Program-made: the position numbers and the translations under genes
Source of the DNA: Macrostomum lignano
Lineage: Eukaryota
Direction: 5' to 3'
Length of the DNA: 64,000 nucleotides
Assembly (NCBI GenBank): GCA_002269645.1
Contig: NIVC01000296.1
Location: forward strand, 248,001-312,000
The notes under the pieces: generated by a model
The model's database searches: none
Told to the model about the DNA's origin: nothing
What the model saw: only the letters and a program-made list of their open reading frames with translations
In this document: positions 35,290 to 46,407 of the stretch, in pieces
How the letters are laid out: each line of letters begins with the position of its first letter
How positions within the stretch are numbered: the stretch's first letter is position 1

Positions 35290-37376
35290 GTCTCTGACTG
35301 TCTGACTGTCTGACTCTCTGGCTGTCTGACTCTCTCACTGTCTGACTCTCTGGCTGTCTGACTCTCTGACTGTCTGACTCTCTGGCTGTCTGACTCTCTG
35401 GCTGTCTGACTCTCTGGCTGCCTGTGTCTGACTCTCTGACTGTCTGACTCTCTGACTGTCTGACTCTCTGACTGTCTGACTCTCTGACTGTCTGACTCTC
35501 TGACTGTCTGACTCTCTGACTGTCTGACTCTCTGACTGTCTGACTCTCTGACTGTCTGACTCTCTGACTGTCTGACTCTCTGACTGTCTGACTCTCTGAC
35601 TGTCTGACTCTCTGACTGTCTGACTCTCTGACTGTCTGACTCTCTGACTGTCTGACTCTCTGACTGTCTGACTCTCTGACTGTCTGACTCTCTGACTGTC
35701 TGACTCTCTGACTGTCTGACTCTCTGACTGTCTGACTCTCTGACTGTCTGACTCTCTGACTGTCTGACTCTCTGACTGTCTGACTCTCTGACTGTCTGAC
35801 TCTCTGACTGTCTGACTCTCTGACTGTCTGACTCTCTGACTGTCTGACTCTCTGACTGTCTGACTCTCTGACTGTCTGACTCTCTGACTGTCTGACTCTC
35901 TGACTGTCTGACTCTCTGTTTGTGGCTCTCTGACTTTCTGACTGTCTGACTGTCTGACTCTTTGACTCTCTGACTGTCTGACTCTCTGACTGTCTGAATC
36001 TCTGACTGTCTGACTCTCTGGCTGTCTGACTCTCTGGCTATCTGACTCTCTGACTGTCTGTGTCTGACTCTCTGACTGTCTGACTCTCTGGCTGTCTGAC
36101 TCTCTGACTGTCTGTTTCTGACTCTCTGACTGTCTGACTGTCTGACTCTCTGACTGTCTGTTTCTGACTCTCTGACTGTCTTACTCTTTGACTTTCTGAC
36201 TGTCTGACTGTCTGACTGTCTGTTTCTGGCTCTCTGACTCTTTGACTCTCTGACTCTCTGACTCTTTGACTCTCTGACTGTCTGTTTCTGACTCTCTGAC
36301 TGTCTGTTTCTGTCTCTCTGACTGTCTGACTCTCTGACTTTCTGACTGTCTGACTCTCTGACTGTCTGACTCTCTGACTCTCTGACTGTCTGACTCTCTG
36401 ACTGTCTGTTTCTGACTTTCTGACTGTCTGACTGTCTGTTTCTGGCTCTCTGACTGTCTGTTTCTGGCTCTCTGACTTTCTGACTGTCTGAATGTCTGAC
36501 TCTATGGCTCTCTGACTGTCTGACTCTCTGACTCTCTGACTCTCTGACTGTCTGACTCTCTGACTCTCTGACTTTCTGACTGTCTGACTGTCTAACTGTC
36601 TGTTTCTGGCTCTCTGACTGTCTGTTTCTGGCTCTCTGACTGTCTGACTCTATGACTTTCTGACTGTCTGACTCTATGACTCTCTGACTGTCTGACTCTC
36701 TGACTTTCTGACTGTCTGACTCTATGACTCTCTGACTGTCTGACTCTATGACTCTCTGACTGTCTGACTCTATGACTTTCTGACTGTCTGACTCTATGAC
36801 TCTCTGACTGTCTGACTCTCTGACTGTCTGACTCTCTGACTCTCTGACTGTCTGACTCTCTGACTGTCTCTTTCTGACTGTCTGACTCTCTGACTGTCTC
36901 TTTCTGACTTTCTGACTGTCTGACTGTCTGACTGTCTGTTTCTGGCTCTCTGACTGTCTGTTTCTGACTCTCTGACTGTCTGTTTCTGACTCTATGACTC
37001 TCTGACTGTCTGACTCTCTGACTCTCTGACTGTCTGACTCTCTGACTGTCTGTTTCTGACTCTCTGACTGTCTGTTTCTGACTCTCTGACTGTCTGTTTC
37101 TGACTCTCTGACTGTCTGTTTCTGACTCTATGACTCTCTGACTGTCTGACTCTCTGACTGTCTGTTTCTGACTCTCTGACTGTCTGTTTCTGACTCTCTG
37201 ACTGTCTTTTTCTGACTCTCTGACTGTCTGTTTCTGACTCTCTGACTGTCTGTTTCTGACTCTCTGACTGTCTGACTTTCTGACAGTCTGACTCTGTCTC
37301 TCGCTTTCTGACTCTCTGACTCTCTGACTGACTCTCTGAATGACTCTCTGGCTGACTCTCAGACTGTCTCTCGCTT

Positions 37377-37442
<66 letters not shown>
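35290..37442. repeat. 16-bp (2x8) TGACTCTC-TGACTGTC satellite ending in a (CT)n run at 37381-37442
   Basis: Homogeneous core ~35445-35915 with degenerate flanks. Confidence 0.93.
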
Positions 37443-37444
<2 letters not shown>

Positions 37445-37635
37445 ATTCGCTAATTTTCTAAGTCTGACAGTCTGACAGTCTGAAAGTGTAATCTCTGCTT
37501 CTAAAAAACTCCTAACTAAACTCAAGTGATGTCACCTTTGGTCCAGGCATCCGGGTTCGACATTAAACCTGAAGCAACTACAAGGGGTCTGAATGAAATC
37601 CCTCAAACTCAGTTCGAAGCCGCAGTGCCACTCAC

Positions 37636-38003
37636 CGTCTGTGCTGTCCAAATCGAACTCGTGGATGTTTTTGTTGTTATCGTTGCTATTATTATTGTTA
37701 TTGCTGAAGCCATTGCTATTATTATTGTTATTGTTATTTCCACCGAATTTCCTGCCGCCGGAATCGTCGTCCATTTCTGAATTTGAGAACTCGCCGTTAC
37801 TGACGTCGGCGGCGGCCGCGGCGAGGTCGGCCCGGCAGAACAGGCGGCCTCGGCGCATGGCGAACTGCTCGCCCGGAAGCAGCTGCCTGGCGCAGGCGCA
37901 GCACCGGAAGCAGTCCACGTGGTAGGCCTTGGCGCCGGCCCGCATCACCAGCTCGCTGCGGCCGAAGGCCACTTCGCACTGGGCGCAGCGGCTGGCGAAC
38001 AGC
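37636..38003 (-). CDS. isl: Islet LIM2 exon
   Basis: Acceptor CCCGCAG|G (phase 2) gives DYCR-LFASRCAQC…YHVDCFRCCAC…LFCRADL. Donor GAC G|GTGAGT at 37636/37635 (phase 1) is frame-compatible with the homeodomain exon. Confidence 0.88.
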
Positions 38004-38023
38004 CTGCGGGTGGGAGTTGGGGA

Positions 38024-38530
38024 TGTCGATTGGGATTTCGATTGGGATATCGATTGGGATATCGATTGGGATATCGATTGGGATATCGATTGGGATATCG
38101 ATTGGGATATCGATTGGGATATCGATTGGGATTTCGATTGGGATTTTGATTGGGATTTTGATTAGGATTTCGATTGGGATATCGATTGGGATTTCGATTG
38201 GGATATCGATTGAGATATCGATTGGGATATCGATTGGGATATCGATTGGAATATCGATTGGAATTTCGATTGGGATATCGATGGGGATTTTGATTGGGAT
38301 TTTGATTGGGATTTTGATTAGGACTTCGATTGGGATATCGATTGGGATTTCGATTGGGATATCGATTGTGATTTCGATTGGGATATCGATTGGGATATCG
38401 ATTGGAATATCGATTGAGATATCGATTGGAATATCGATTGGGATTTTAATTGGGATATCGATTGGGATATCGATTGGGATATCGATTGGGATTTCGATTA
38501 GGATTTCGATTGGGATATCGATTAGGATTT
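38024..38530. repeat. 12-bp minisatellite (GATTGGGATATC), ~42 copies
   Basis: Period 12; ends ~20 bp from the LIM2 splice acceptor. Confidence 0.95.
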
Positions 38531-39549
38531 TATTGAAATATTGAAAGGGATTTTCGCTAAAAGGCAAGATGGGACAGTGGGACTTTGCAATCTACTTGCA
38601 ACTCAAACAACAGCGCATTGAAGCTTTGCCGAAGTGAGGTTTCTATGCAATTTTAAGCAGCTGCTCTATTCACGAAGTAGACAGCCATTGATGGGGCCGC
38701 ATAAAGCTGGGCTTGAATTAGTATTATAATAATAATTCAGAATCGAAAATGATCACAGAAGCCACAGACTCAAGGGTTCGCCCGCATGCCATCCCGGGGG
38801 GCGGGGAGGCTGCAGCCAGTCCGGTCGGCTCTTCATCACCCCAACTAAAATAAAAATGAAGAAGAGAGGGCTGGCAGCAAAACAGTGGTGACAAAAAATT
38901 CACCTCTCTCATTTCTATCGATGGGCTCCTATTTGTAACCCGCCCAGTGTCTCTTCAGCCTTCATCATGGCGGATCCCCACCTTCAACCCCCGCACGCCC
39001 AGCCTCCGAGCAGCCCCCGGGAGAAGCCGTCAAGGACTGTCGGTGGATGGAGGCCGCTGCTGATGCGGGTATCTCGAAGCCCCCAAGCCCCCCCCCGCAC
39101 CTGCAGCCCAGGCTGTTAAGAGCGGATTTTGGCAGCTTCATCGCTCAGCCTCACCTATCCCTACCTTCCCACTAGCTCCCCTAAGCTATATACCTGGCTC
39201 GCTTGACAGCTTTGTCTCAGCAAATCATTCCGCAGCAGCCTCTCGCGCCTCATCTTCTGCCCCCCATTCATACCTCCATTCTTACTAGAGAAGTTAGGGA
39301 GGCTTACAGCCAGTTACTGAATCAGCTCAACGCGTTGCTTCAGACAGAATTTGTGGCTAACTATCGAAAGTCCACAGACAAAATTGACAGCCTCATAGAA
39401 CGAGTTTTCTAAGCCTGCAGACAACTACTGGTTTCCAGTCCGGAAGTCTACTACTAGGAGTCCCTGGTTCAACTTTTCGACACCGGCTGATCGATTCGTT
39501 GCGACAAAAATGTGTTAGCACTGGCACCTCCGGGTTCACGCAAACGAGC

Positions 39550-39554
<5 letters not shown>

Positions 39555-39605
<51 letters not shown>
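39555..39605. repeat. (CT)n microsatellite
   Basis: Perfect dinucleotide run. Confidence 0.95.
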
Positions 39606-39607
<2 letters not shown>

Positions 39608-40109
39608 CTCTTCACTCCCACGGTACTCAGCTGGGTTAGTGAGGCAGCGGCCTGTCACCCGTGAACAATGGGCGCGCATCCTGCAAGACCGCATGTAGAG
39701 GTCCATGCGTTTGCCGGCAATCGCATGCGCTTTTGGGCTTTCAAAAAAAATCTACCGGGAAAGCTGTGAGGTGAGAGAGGCGCGGAAGGCACTTCCCGTT
39801 GGAACTTGGAATCTCCCACAGCCTCAAGCTTTGGCGCTGACTACCTGCCTGTCATAGCTGTTTTGGCAGTGAGTCAACTCGCTCACTCACTCACTCAATC
39901 CCGATAATTGCTCTCGCCAACGCTGCTTCACCGCGCGGTCACGCAAGCGCGCCGAGTAGGGGGGGGGAGTTTCTGGTTTAAAAAATCATTCAATTAAAGG
40001 CTTCGGCCTTAAACTGCATGGGCAGTGAAAAACCATTTAGTTTGCCTGTTTCAGGGTAGGGACTTCGAAATACAAGTTCAGGAAGCCCGTCGATCCGCCA
40101 CTTATACGA

Positions 40110-40670
40110 GGAGGTCAAGTGACCCACCCTCAAATCGAAACCGGCAGGTCATGTGACCCACAACCCCAATTGACATCTGGAGGTCAAGTGACCCACCCTC
40201 AAATCGAAACCGGCAGGTCATGTGACCCACAACCCCAATTGACATCTGGAGGTCAAGTGACCCACCCTCAAATCGAAACCGGGAGGTCAAGCGACCCACA
40301 ACCCAAATTAACATCTGGAGGTCAAGCGACCCACAACCCAAATTAACATCTGGAGGTCAAGTGATCCACTACCCACACCGGGAAGTCACGTGACCCACTA
40401 TCCACACCGGGAAGTCACGTGACCCACTATCCACACCGGGAAGTCACGTGACCCACTATTCACACCGGGAAGTCACGTGACCCACTATTCACACCGGGAA
40501 GTCACGTGACCCACTATCCACACCGGGAAGTCACGTGACCCACTATCCACACCGGGAAGTCACGTGACCCACTATCCACACCGGGAAGTCACGTGACCCA
40601 CTATCCACACCGGGAAGTCACGTGACCCACTATCCACACCGGGAAGTCACGTGACCCACTATCCACACCA
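40110..40670. repeat. 69-bp repeat (~3.5 copies) grading into a 29-bp repeat (10 copies) with GTCACGTGAC palindrome
   Basis: GGAGGTC at 40110 and 40179; GTCACGTGAC every 29 bp from 40385 to 40646. Confidence 0.92.
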
Positions 40671-40701
40671 CTAGGTCCTTTCCATCTCTCAGCGGCCTTA
40701 C

Positions 40702-40896
40702 CTGCAGTAATCAGCTTTACAATAGGGCCGCCCATTGCGCACATAGCAGGTGCGAGCCTGATTGAGTTCAGCTGAGCACTCGACGCACTTCAAGCAGCTG
40801 GCGTGCCACTCCAGGTCTGGCTGCACCCGCAGTATGTAGGGATCCGTGATGGCACCGCCGCATCCGACGCAGAGCGACAATCCGCTCAAGGACGGC

Positions 40897-40932
<36 letters not shown>

Positions 40933-40960
40933 AGCGGAGAAACCGATGGCGGCGGTTCGT
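40702..40960 (-). CDS. isl: Islet LIM1 exon
   Basis: [35 protein letters not shown]…[15 protein letters not shown]. Acceptor TTTCAG|AC (phase 1); donor TGC AG|GTAAGG (phase 2). Confidence 0.92.
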
Positions 40961-40989
40961 CTGAAAGTCGGCGTTTTTATGGCGTTACT

Positions 40990-41120
40990 GTGAGGCACCA
41001 GACCATTGGAAGCTTCAGTGAGGCACCATTGGAAGCTCCAGTGAGGCACCATTGGAAGCCTCAGTGAGGCACCATTGGAAGCTTCAGTGAGGCACCATTG
41101 GAAGCTTCAGTAAGGCACCA
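40990..41120. repeat. ~22-23-bp repeat (GTGAGGCACCATTGGAAGCTTCA), ~5 copies
   Basis: Short tandem array ~30 bp from the LIM1 acceptor. Confidence 0.85.
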
Positions 41121-41354
41121 AAACAGACCTCAGGGACACGGAGTATGTACATGCATTATTAGTGTCCAGAGCACTAAAAACCCGCATTTGCATTTTCGTA
41201 ATCCTATTTTATGCTTGCAGCCAATCCAAATGCACATAAGGAAATCCAAGCTGAAGGCTTGCGCTGAGCATACGGGCTGAGCAGCTCTGCTGGCTGCGTG
41301 GAGAGTTCATTGTCTGGTTTGAGGTCAACTCTGCATGTTATACACAAGGCAGCG

Positions 41355-41935
41355 ATTCTATTCCTGCATTCATGTATTGGCTAGATTAGCAATCCATTCT
41401 ATTCCTGCATCCGTGTATTGGCTAGATTAGCAATCCATTCTATTCCTGCATCCGTGTATTGGCTAGATTAGCAATCCATTCTATTCCTGCATCCGTGTAT
41501 TGGCTAGATTAGCAATCCATTCTATTCCTGCATCCGTGTATTGGCTAGATTAGCAATCCATTCTATTCCTGCATCCGTGTATTGGCTAGATTAGCAATCC
41601 ATTCTATTCCTGCATCATGTAGGCTAGATTAGCAATCCATTCTATTCCTGCATCCGTGTATTGGCTAGATTAGCAATCCATTCTATTCCTGCATCATGTA
41701 GGCTAGATTAGCAATCCATTCTATTCCTGCATCCGTGTATTGGCTAGATTAGCAATCCATTCTATTCCTGCATCCGTGTATTGACTAGATTAGCAATCCA
41801 TTCTATTCCTGCACCCGTGTATTGACTAGATTAGCAATCCATTCTATTCCTGCACCCATGTATTGGCTAGATTAGCAATCCATTCTATTCCTGCACCCGT
41901 GTATTGGCTAGATTAGCAATCCATTCTATTCCTTT
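41355..41935. repeat. 41-bp minisatellite (GGCTAGATTAGCAATCCATTCTATTCCTGCATCCGTGTATT), ~14 copies
   Basis: GGCTA at 41461 and 41502. Confidence 0.93.
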
Positions 41936-42050
41936 TGGAACGGTTCTTATTGTGCCAAAATCCTTCTACTCGTAATTGACTGCATGGGGTCCCAGGCTCG
42001 ATTCCATGAATTCTGAGCATCAGAGCTCAAAGCAGAGCCAAGCCGCCTAC

Positions 42051-42105
42051 CTTGCATTGCAGACGCGAATCCGACAGGAGTTTCCAGGGTGGCAACGGCC
42101 GACAT
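42051..42105 (-). CDS. isl: Candidate Islet first coding exon (MSAVATLETPVGFASAMQ)
   Basis: ATG at 42105 and donor CAA G|GTAGGC (phase 1) fit the LIM1 acceptor. Five exons total 55+259+368+401+348 = 1431 nt (476 aa), open throughout. No homology support for this exon. Confidence 0.45.
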
Positions 42106-42344
42106 TGTCTCCAAGAGTTTCGTCAGCACGCAGCTGGCATAGCAAGTCAACTGGAGCTGCTCAGACTAAATAGCGGCCCTGTCAGCTTCTCTTCAACATC
42201 AAGGCTGCTTATAGCGATTTTATTTCCGTTTCTCGTCTTTCTAATTCTCACCTTTCCCCTTCAACGCCCGGCCCCTCCCTCATTTGTCGGTGGGCAAAAT
42301 GCTCGCTCCATGGGGGTCCCGTTGTGATCCCCATTCCCGTCCCG

Positions 42345-42390
42345 GACCCTCCCATTGGCCCGGCCGGCGGGAACAGCCAATCAGAGATGC
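42345..42390. promoter_or_regulatory. Possible Islet promoter: GC-rich stretch with two oppositely oriented CCAAT boxes
   Basis: CCCATTGGCC and CAGCCAATCAG ~250 bp upstream of the candidate first exon; motif-only evidence. Confidence 0.3.
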
Positions 42391-42509
42391 CGAGGAATAA
42401 TCGAGAGACTCCAAGTCTTAAGAGACTCCCAAGCGATGATATGGGATCTCAGTTGCTTACGTTGAAATTTTTTGCGATGCGTTGTGTGACACTTCGTGAT
42501 TATTGTTGA

Positions 42510-42600
42510 TTCTGTGTGACTCTTATTGATTCTGTGTGACTCTTATTGATTCTGTGTGACTCTTATTGATTCTGTGTGACTCTTATTGATTCTGTGTGAC
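42510..42600. repeat. 20-bp repeat (GATTCTGTGTGACTCTTATT), ~4-5 copies
   Basis: Seen directly. Confidence 0.85.
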
Positions 42601-42990
42601 TGGGAGTGAATTTGTGCGATTCGGCGAGGTTCGGTGCATTGCATAATTTTGCTATTCCCCACCGTGGCTCAAGATGAGCCCGCTGCTGCTTTGGAGACAA
42701 AACATCAGGAAAATCCAATCAGATCGAAGTGCCTTCCGCCAAGCCCGCGGCATCTCGAGGCGCGGCCGCCCCGGAAACGGGCTGAGGAAGCGCCGGATGC
42801 CGAGGTGGCGCTTCGGGCGGCGACAAAAAGCGCGGGAGGAAGTTTTGGTGAAAAGGCAGGCAGGGCGGCCCTCGGGCGGGCACTCAGCGCTGATTAAACT
42901 GGGCCTCAGCGCTCTGCAGTGGCCTCAGGGCCCACGAGATTCACTTCCGCCCTTTCGCTGTGCCTCAACCATGTAGTGCGCTGCATCAAT

Positions 42991-43082
<92 letters not shown>

Positions 43083-43083
43083 T

Positions 43084-43150
<67 letters not shown>

Positions 43151-43151
43151 T

Positions 43152-43250
<99 letters not shown>
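42991..43250. repeat. (GATA)n microsatellite
   Basis: Tetranucleotide run. Confidence 0.95.
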
Positions 43251-43942
43251 CTCGTAGATGAATCAGACTCCGCGGGTGAAGAAGAATCGAGTGAAACAGA
43301 AACTGGAAATCCATTAGGGAAAGTGGGGGGCACGGCTTGGCTTGTAGGAGTCGATTGCGTGATGGGGGCAGTGGAGGCCCGAAGTAATGGAATCTGAGTC
43401 TGCTTCTCCCTCCTGTCCCCACTGCCTTCATCGCCGCGTCGCATTTCAAGAAAGCTTTTGGGCCAGTTAGTTTAAATAAGGAAGATGTTTAGGCATGGAA
43501 CCTGCAGCATCTGCATGAACCAATCCCATACGTATACCCATGCGACTCCGATCAAACAATCGGGTCAAAAACAAAGCAAAGCTGATCAATTTTCAGCTCC
43601 GAAATTCGGATCGGAACTGAGAGTAAAGCGAAAACAGCGCGCCGGCTGGGTGATTTTGAGCACTGAATCGCATCGGATCGAGCTGGCAGCCACTTAACGA
43701 CCCTGAGTTCGCACGAAGCGATTCCCAGCAACAGCTTTTAGCAATTCACTGCTCAACGAGCTGCAGCAAATTTTTAAGTGACTTTCTGACTCGGCTCGCT
43801 GCGGCCGCTTCTCCGTTAATTGGCGCGGCTCGATGTGGCAGTTGGCAGCACCTGTGCGACTGCCGCCACTTAGCGCTGCAATCTGGATAGTAAAATGCTT
43901 GTGACGGATGGCTGAGCCTCAGATTCTCAGGACAGGACCAGA

Positions 43943-44477
<535 letters not shown>

Positions 44478-44859
44478 CATTATCCGCTGGCTCAGCGCAG
44501 GTCGGGCAGAGAATAAGCTGCCGAGTATAATCCGCTCTGCCGTGGCCCGCCGCAGCCGCCCACCGGGGAGACAGCAGCTCGTCTCAGGCCCAGGAAGTTG
44601 CAGGAAAAGTTGGCCTCAGAGGAATAAAGCGCTTTTTGCTGAGCAGGAGGGGGAGAGAGGTGTAGGCCCGAGGAAGGAAGGACTTAAACTCGGGGAGGTT
44701 GGGATTAGAATTTACTGAAATCCCGTGTCCTGTGTCACCTGCTCAAATAGCCGAGCAGATGTGCTTTGGTATGGGGTTCGTATTTTAAAAATAAGACAGT
44801 CTGTAGTGTAATGCGTATCAGATAGAACAGGTAGAGAGTAGATAAGATAGAGCGGGTAG

Positions 44860-45135
44860 AAACTAGATCAGATAGAGCAGGCACAGAGTAGATCAGATAG
44901 AGCAGGCACAGAGTAGATCAGATAGAGCAGGCACAGAGTAGATCAGATAGAGCAGGCACAGAGTAGATCAGATAGAGCAGGCACAGAGTAGATCAGATAG
45001 AGCAGGTAGAGAGTAGATCAGATAGAGCAGGCACAGAGTAGATCAGATAGAGCAGGCACAGAGTAGATCAGATAGAGCGGGTAGAAACTAGATCAGATAG
45101 AGCAGGCACAGAGTAGATCAGATAGAGCAGGTAGA
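44860..45135. repeat. 25-bp minisatellite (GAGTAGATCAGATAGAGCAGGCACA), ~11 copies
   Basis: GAGTAG at 44886 and 44911. Confidence 0.9.
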
Positions 45136-45761
45136 GGAGACACTGCGAGAAGGCTAAAGATGAGCAGTCAGTCTCCAGCTGTATAAATTAAGCCCGGTCT
45201 CCAATCCATCCAGTCGACACTGCAGTGAGTTGTTAAGTGAGTTATCTCATAGAGCAGCACAAGTTTTAGACCAGCGCAATGTTAGCATCCGTCAGCTGTG
45301 GCACGTGACCGAAGCCAATTGACCCCCGCAGCCGGGAAGGAGCGGAAGTTGTCACCTCGGATTAGCGATTAGCGGATTAGAGGTGGCGGCCACCCGACAC
45401 CGGCCTGGCCAGTGGCTTTAATTTAATCCTCTACCGAGCGGCGCCTCACGCGAGCCGCTACCGCTAGTTTCCATCCGTGTTAGGAAGAAAACGCCTTCCC
45501 AAACGCGTGAGGACCCTTCTGTTTCGAAGAAACAGTGTTGCGTAATAACAAAACCTACTGATTTTTTCGAGACTTCGAGACTAAGTTCTTTTAATGAATA
45601 GTAATTTCGCTTTGCTACTGATAGTAGCGTAAAAAGGCGTGAATACTTTCGCTGGTCTAAGTATCGCAGTGTACAAAAAATGTAAAACTTCGATATTTAT
45701 CAGTCCATAACTATAGAGTCAATAACTATTGGGACAAAGGCCTCAAAAAAGTATAGGAGCA

Positions 45762-46082
45762 AAGAGAAGCAGAGAGGTGCAGAGAAGCAGAAAAGCAGAG
45801 AAGCAGAGAAGCAGAAAAGCAGAGAAGCAGGGAAGCAGAGAAGCAGAGAAGCAAAGAAGCGGAGAGAAGCAGAGAAGCAGAGAAGCAGGGAAGCAGAGAA
45901 GCAGAGAAGCAGAGAAGCAGAGAAGCAGAGAAGGAGAGAAGCAGAGAAGCAGAGAAGCAGAGAAGCAGAGAAGCAGAGAAGCGGAGAAGCAGAGAAGCAG
46001 AGAAGCAGAGAAGCAGAGAAGGAGAGAAGCAGAGAAGCGGAGAAGCAGAGAAGCAGAGAAGCAGAGAAGCAGAGAAGCAGAA
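45762..46082. repeat. 8-bp repeat (GCAGAGAA)n
   Basis: Seen directly. Confidence 0.92.
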
Positions 46083-46407
46083 TTGGAGCAGAAAAGGCTG
46101 TATGCTGACGTGAATTTTTGAAAGAGCAGTAAAACAAATGCATTAACTATGCCTAAATTTTACCAGATTTTAATACCCTACTTGCTGGCCATCTAATAAA
46201 AAAGTGACTGTGAATTCTAATGGAAAAAATACTCTAATGCGTCTTATTGATCTTAAATCTATTTTAATATAGTCTGTTCCAAACTACTGAAAGTAGCGTT
46301 AAAAAGAAATTAAGATAAAATGAGTTGAATGGCTGCATCCAATTCTTGAGCTTTCTCATCGGCACTTCAATTTAGCAGCACGTAAAACTCTCCGTTAATT
46401 TAGCGGA

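Noticed and set aside
42248-42285. Alternative Islet first exon MREGPGVEGE with GTGAGA donor
   Set aside because: Phase 2 is incompatible with the phase-1 LIM1 acceptor; it could only be a UTR exon.
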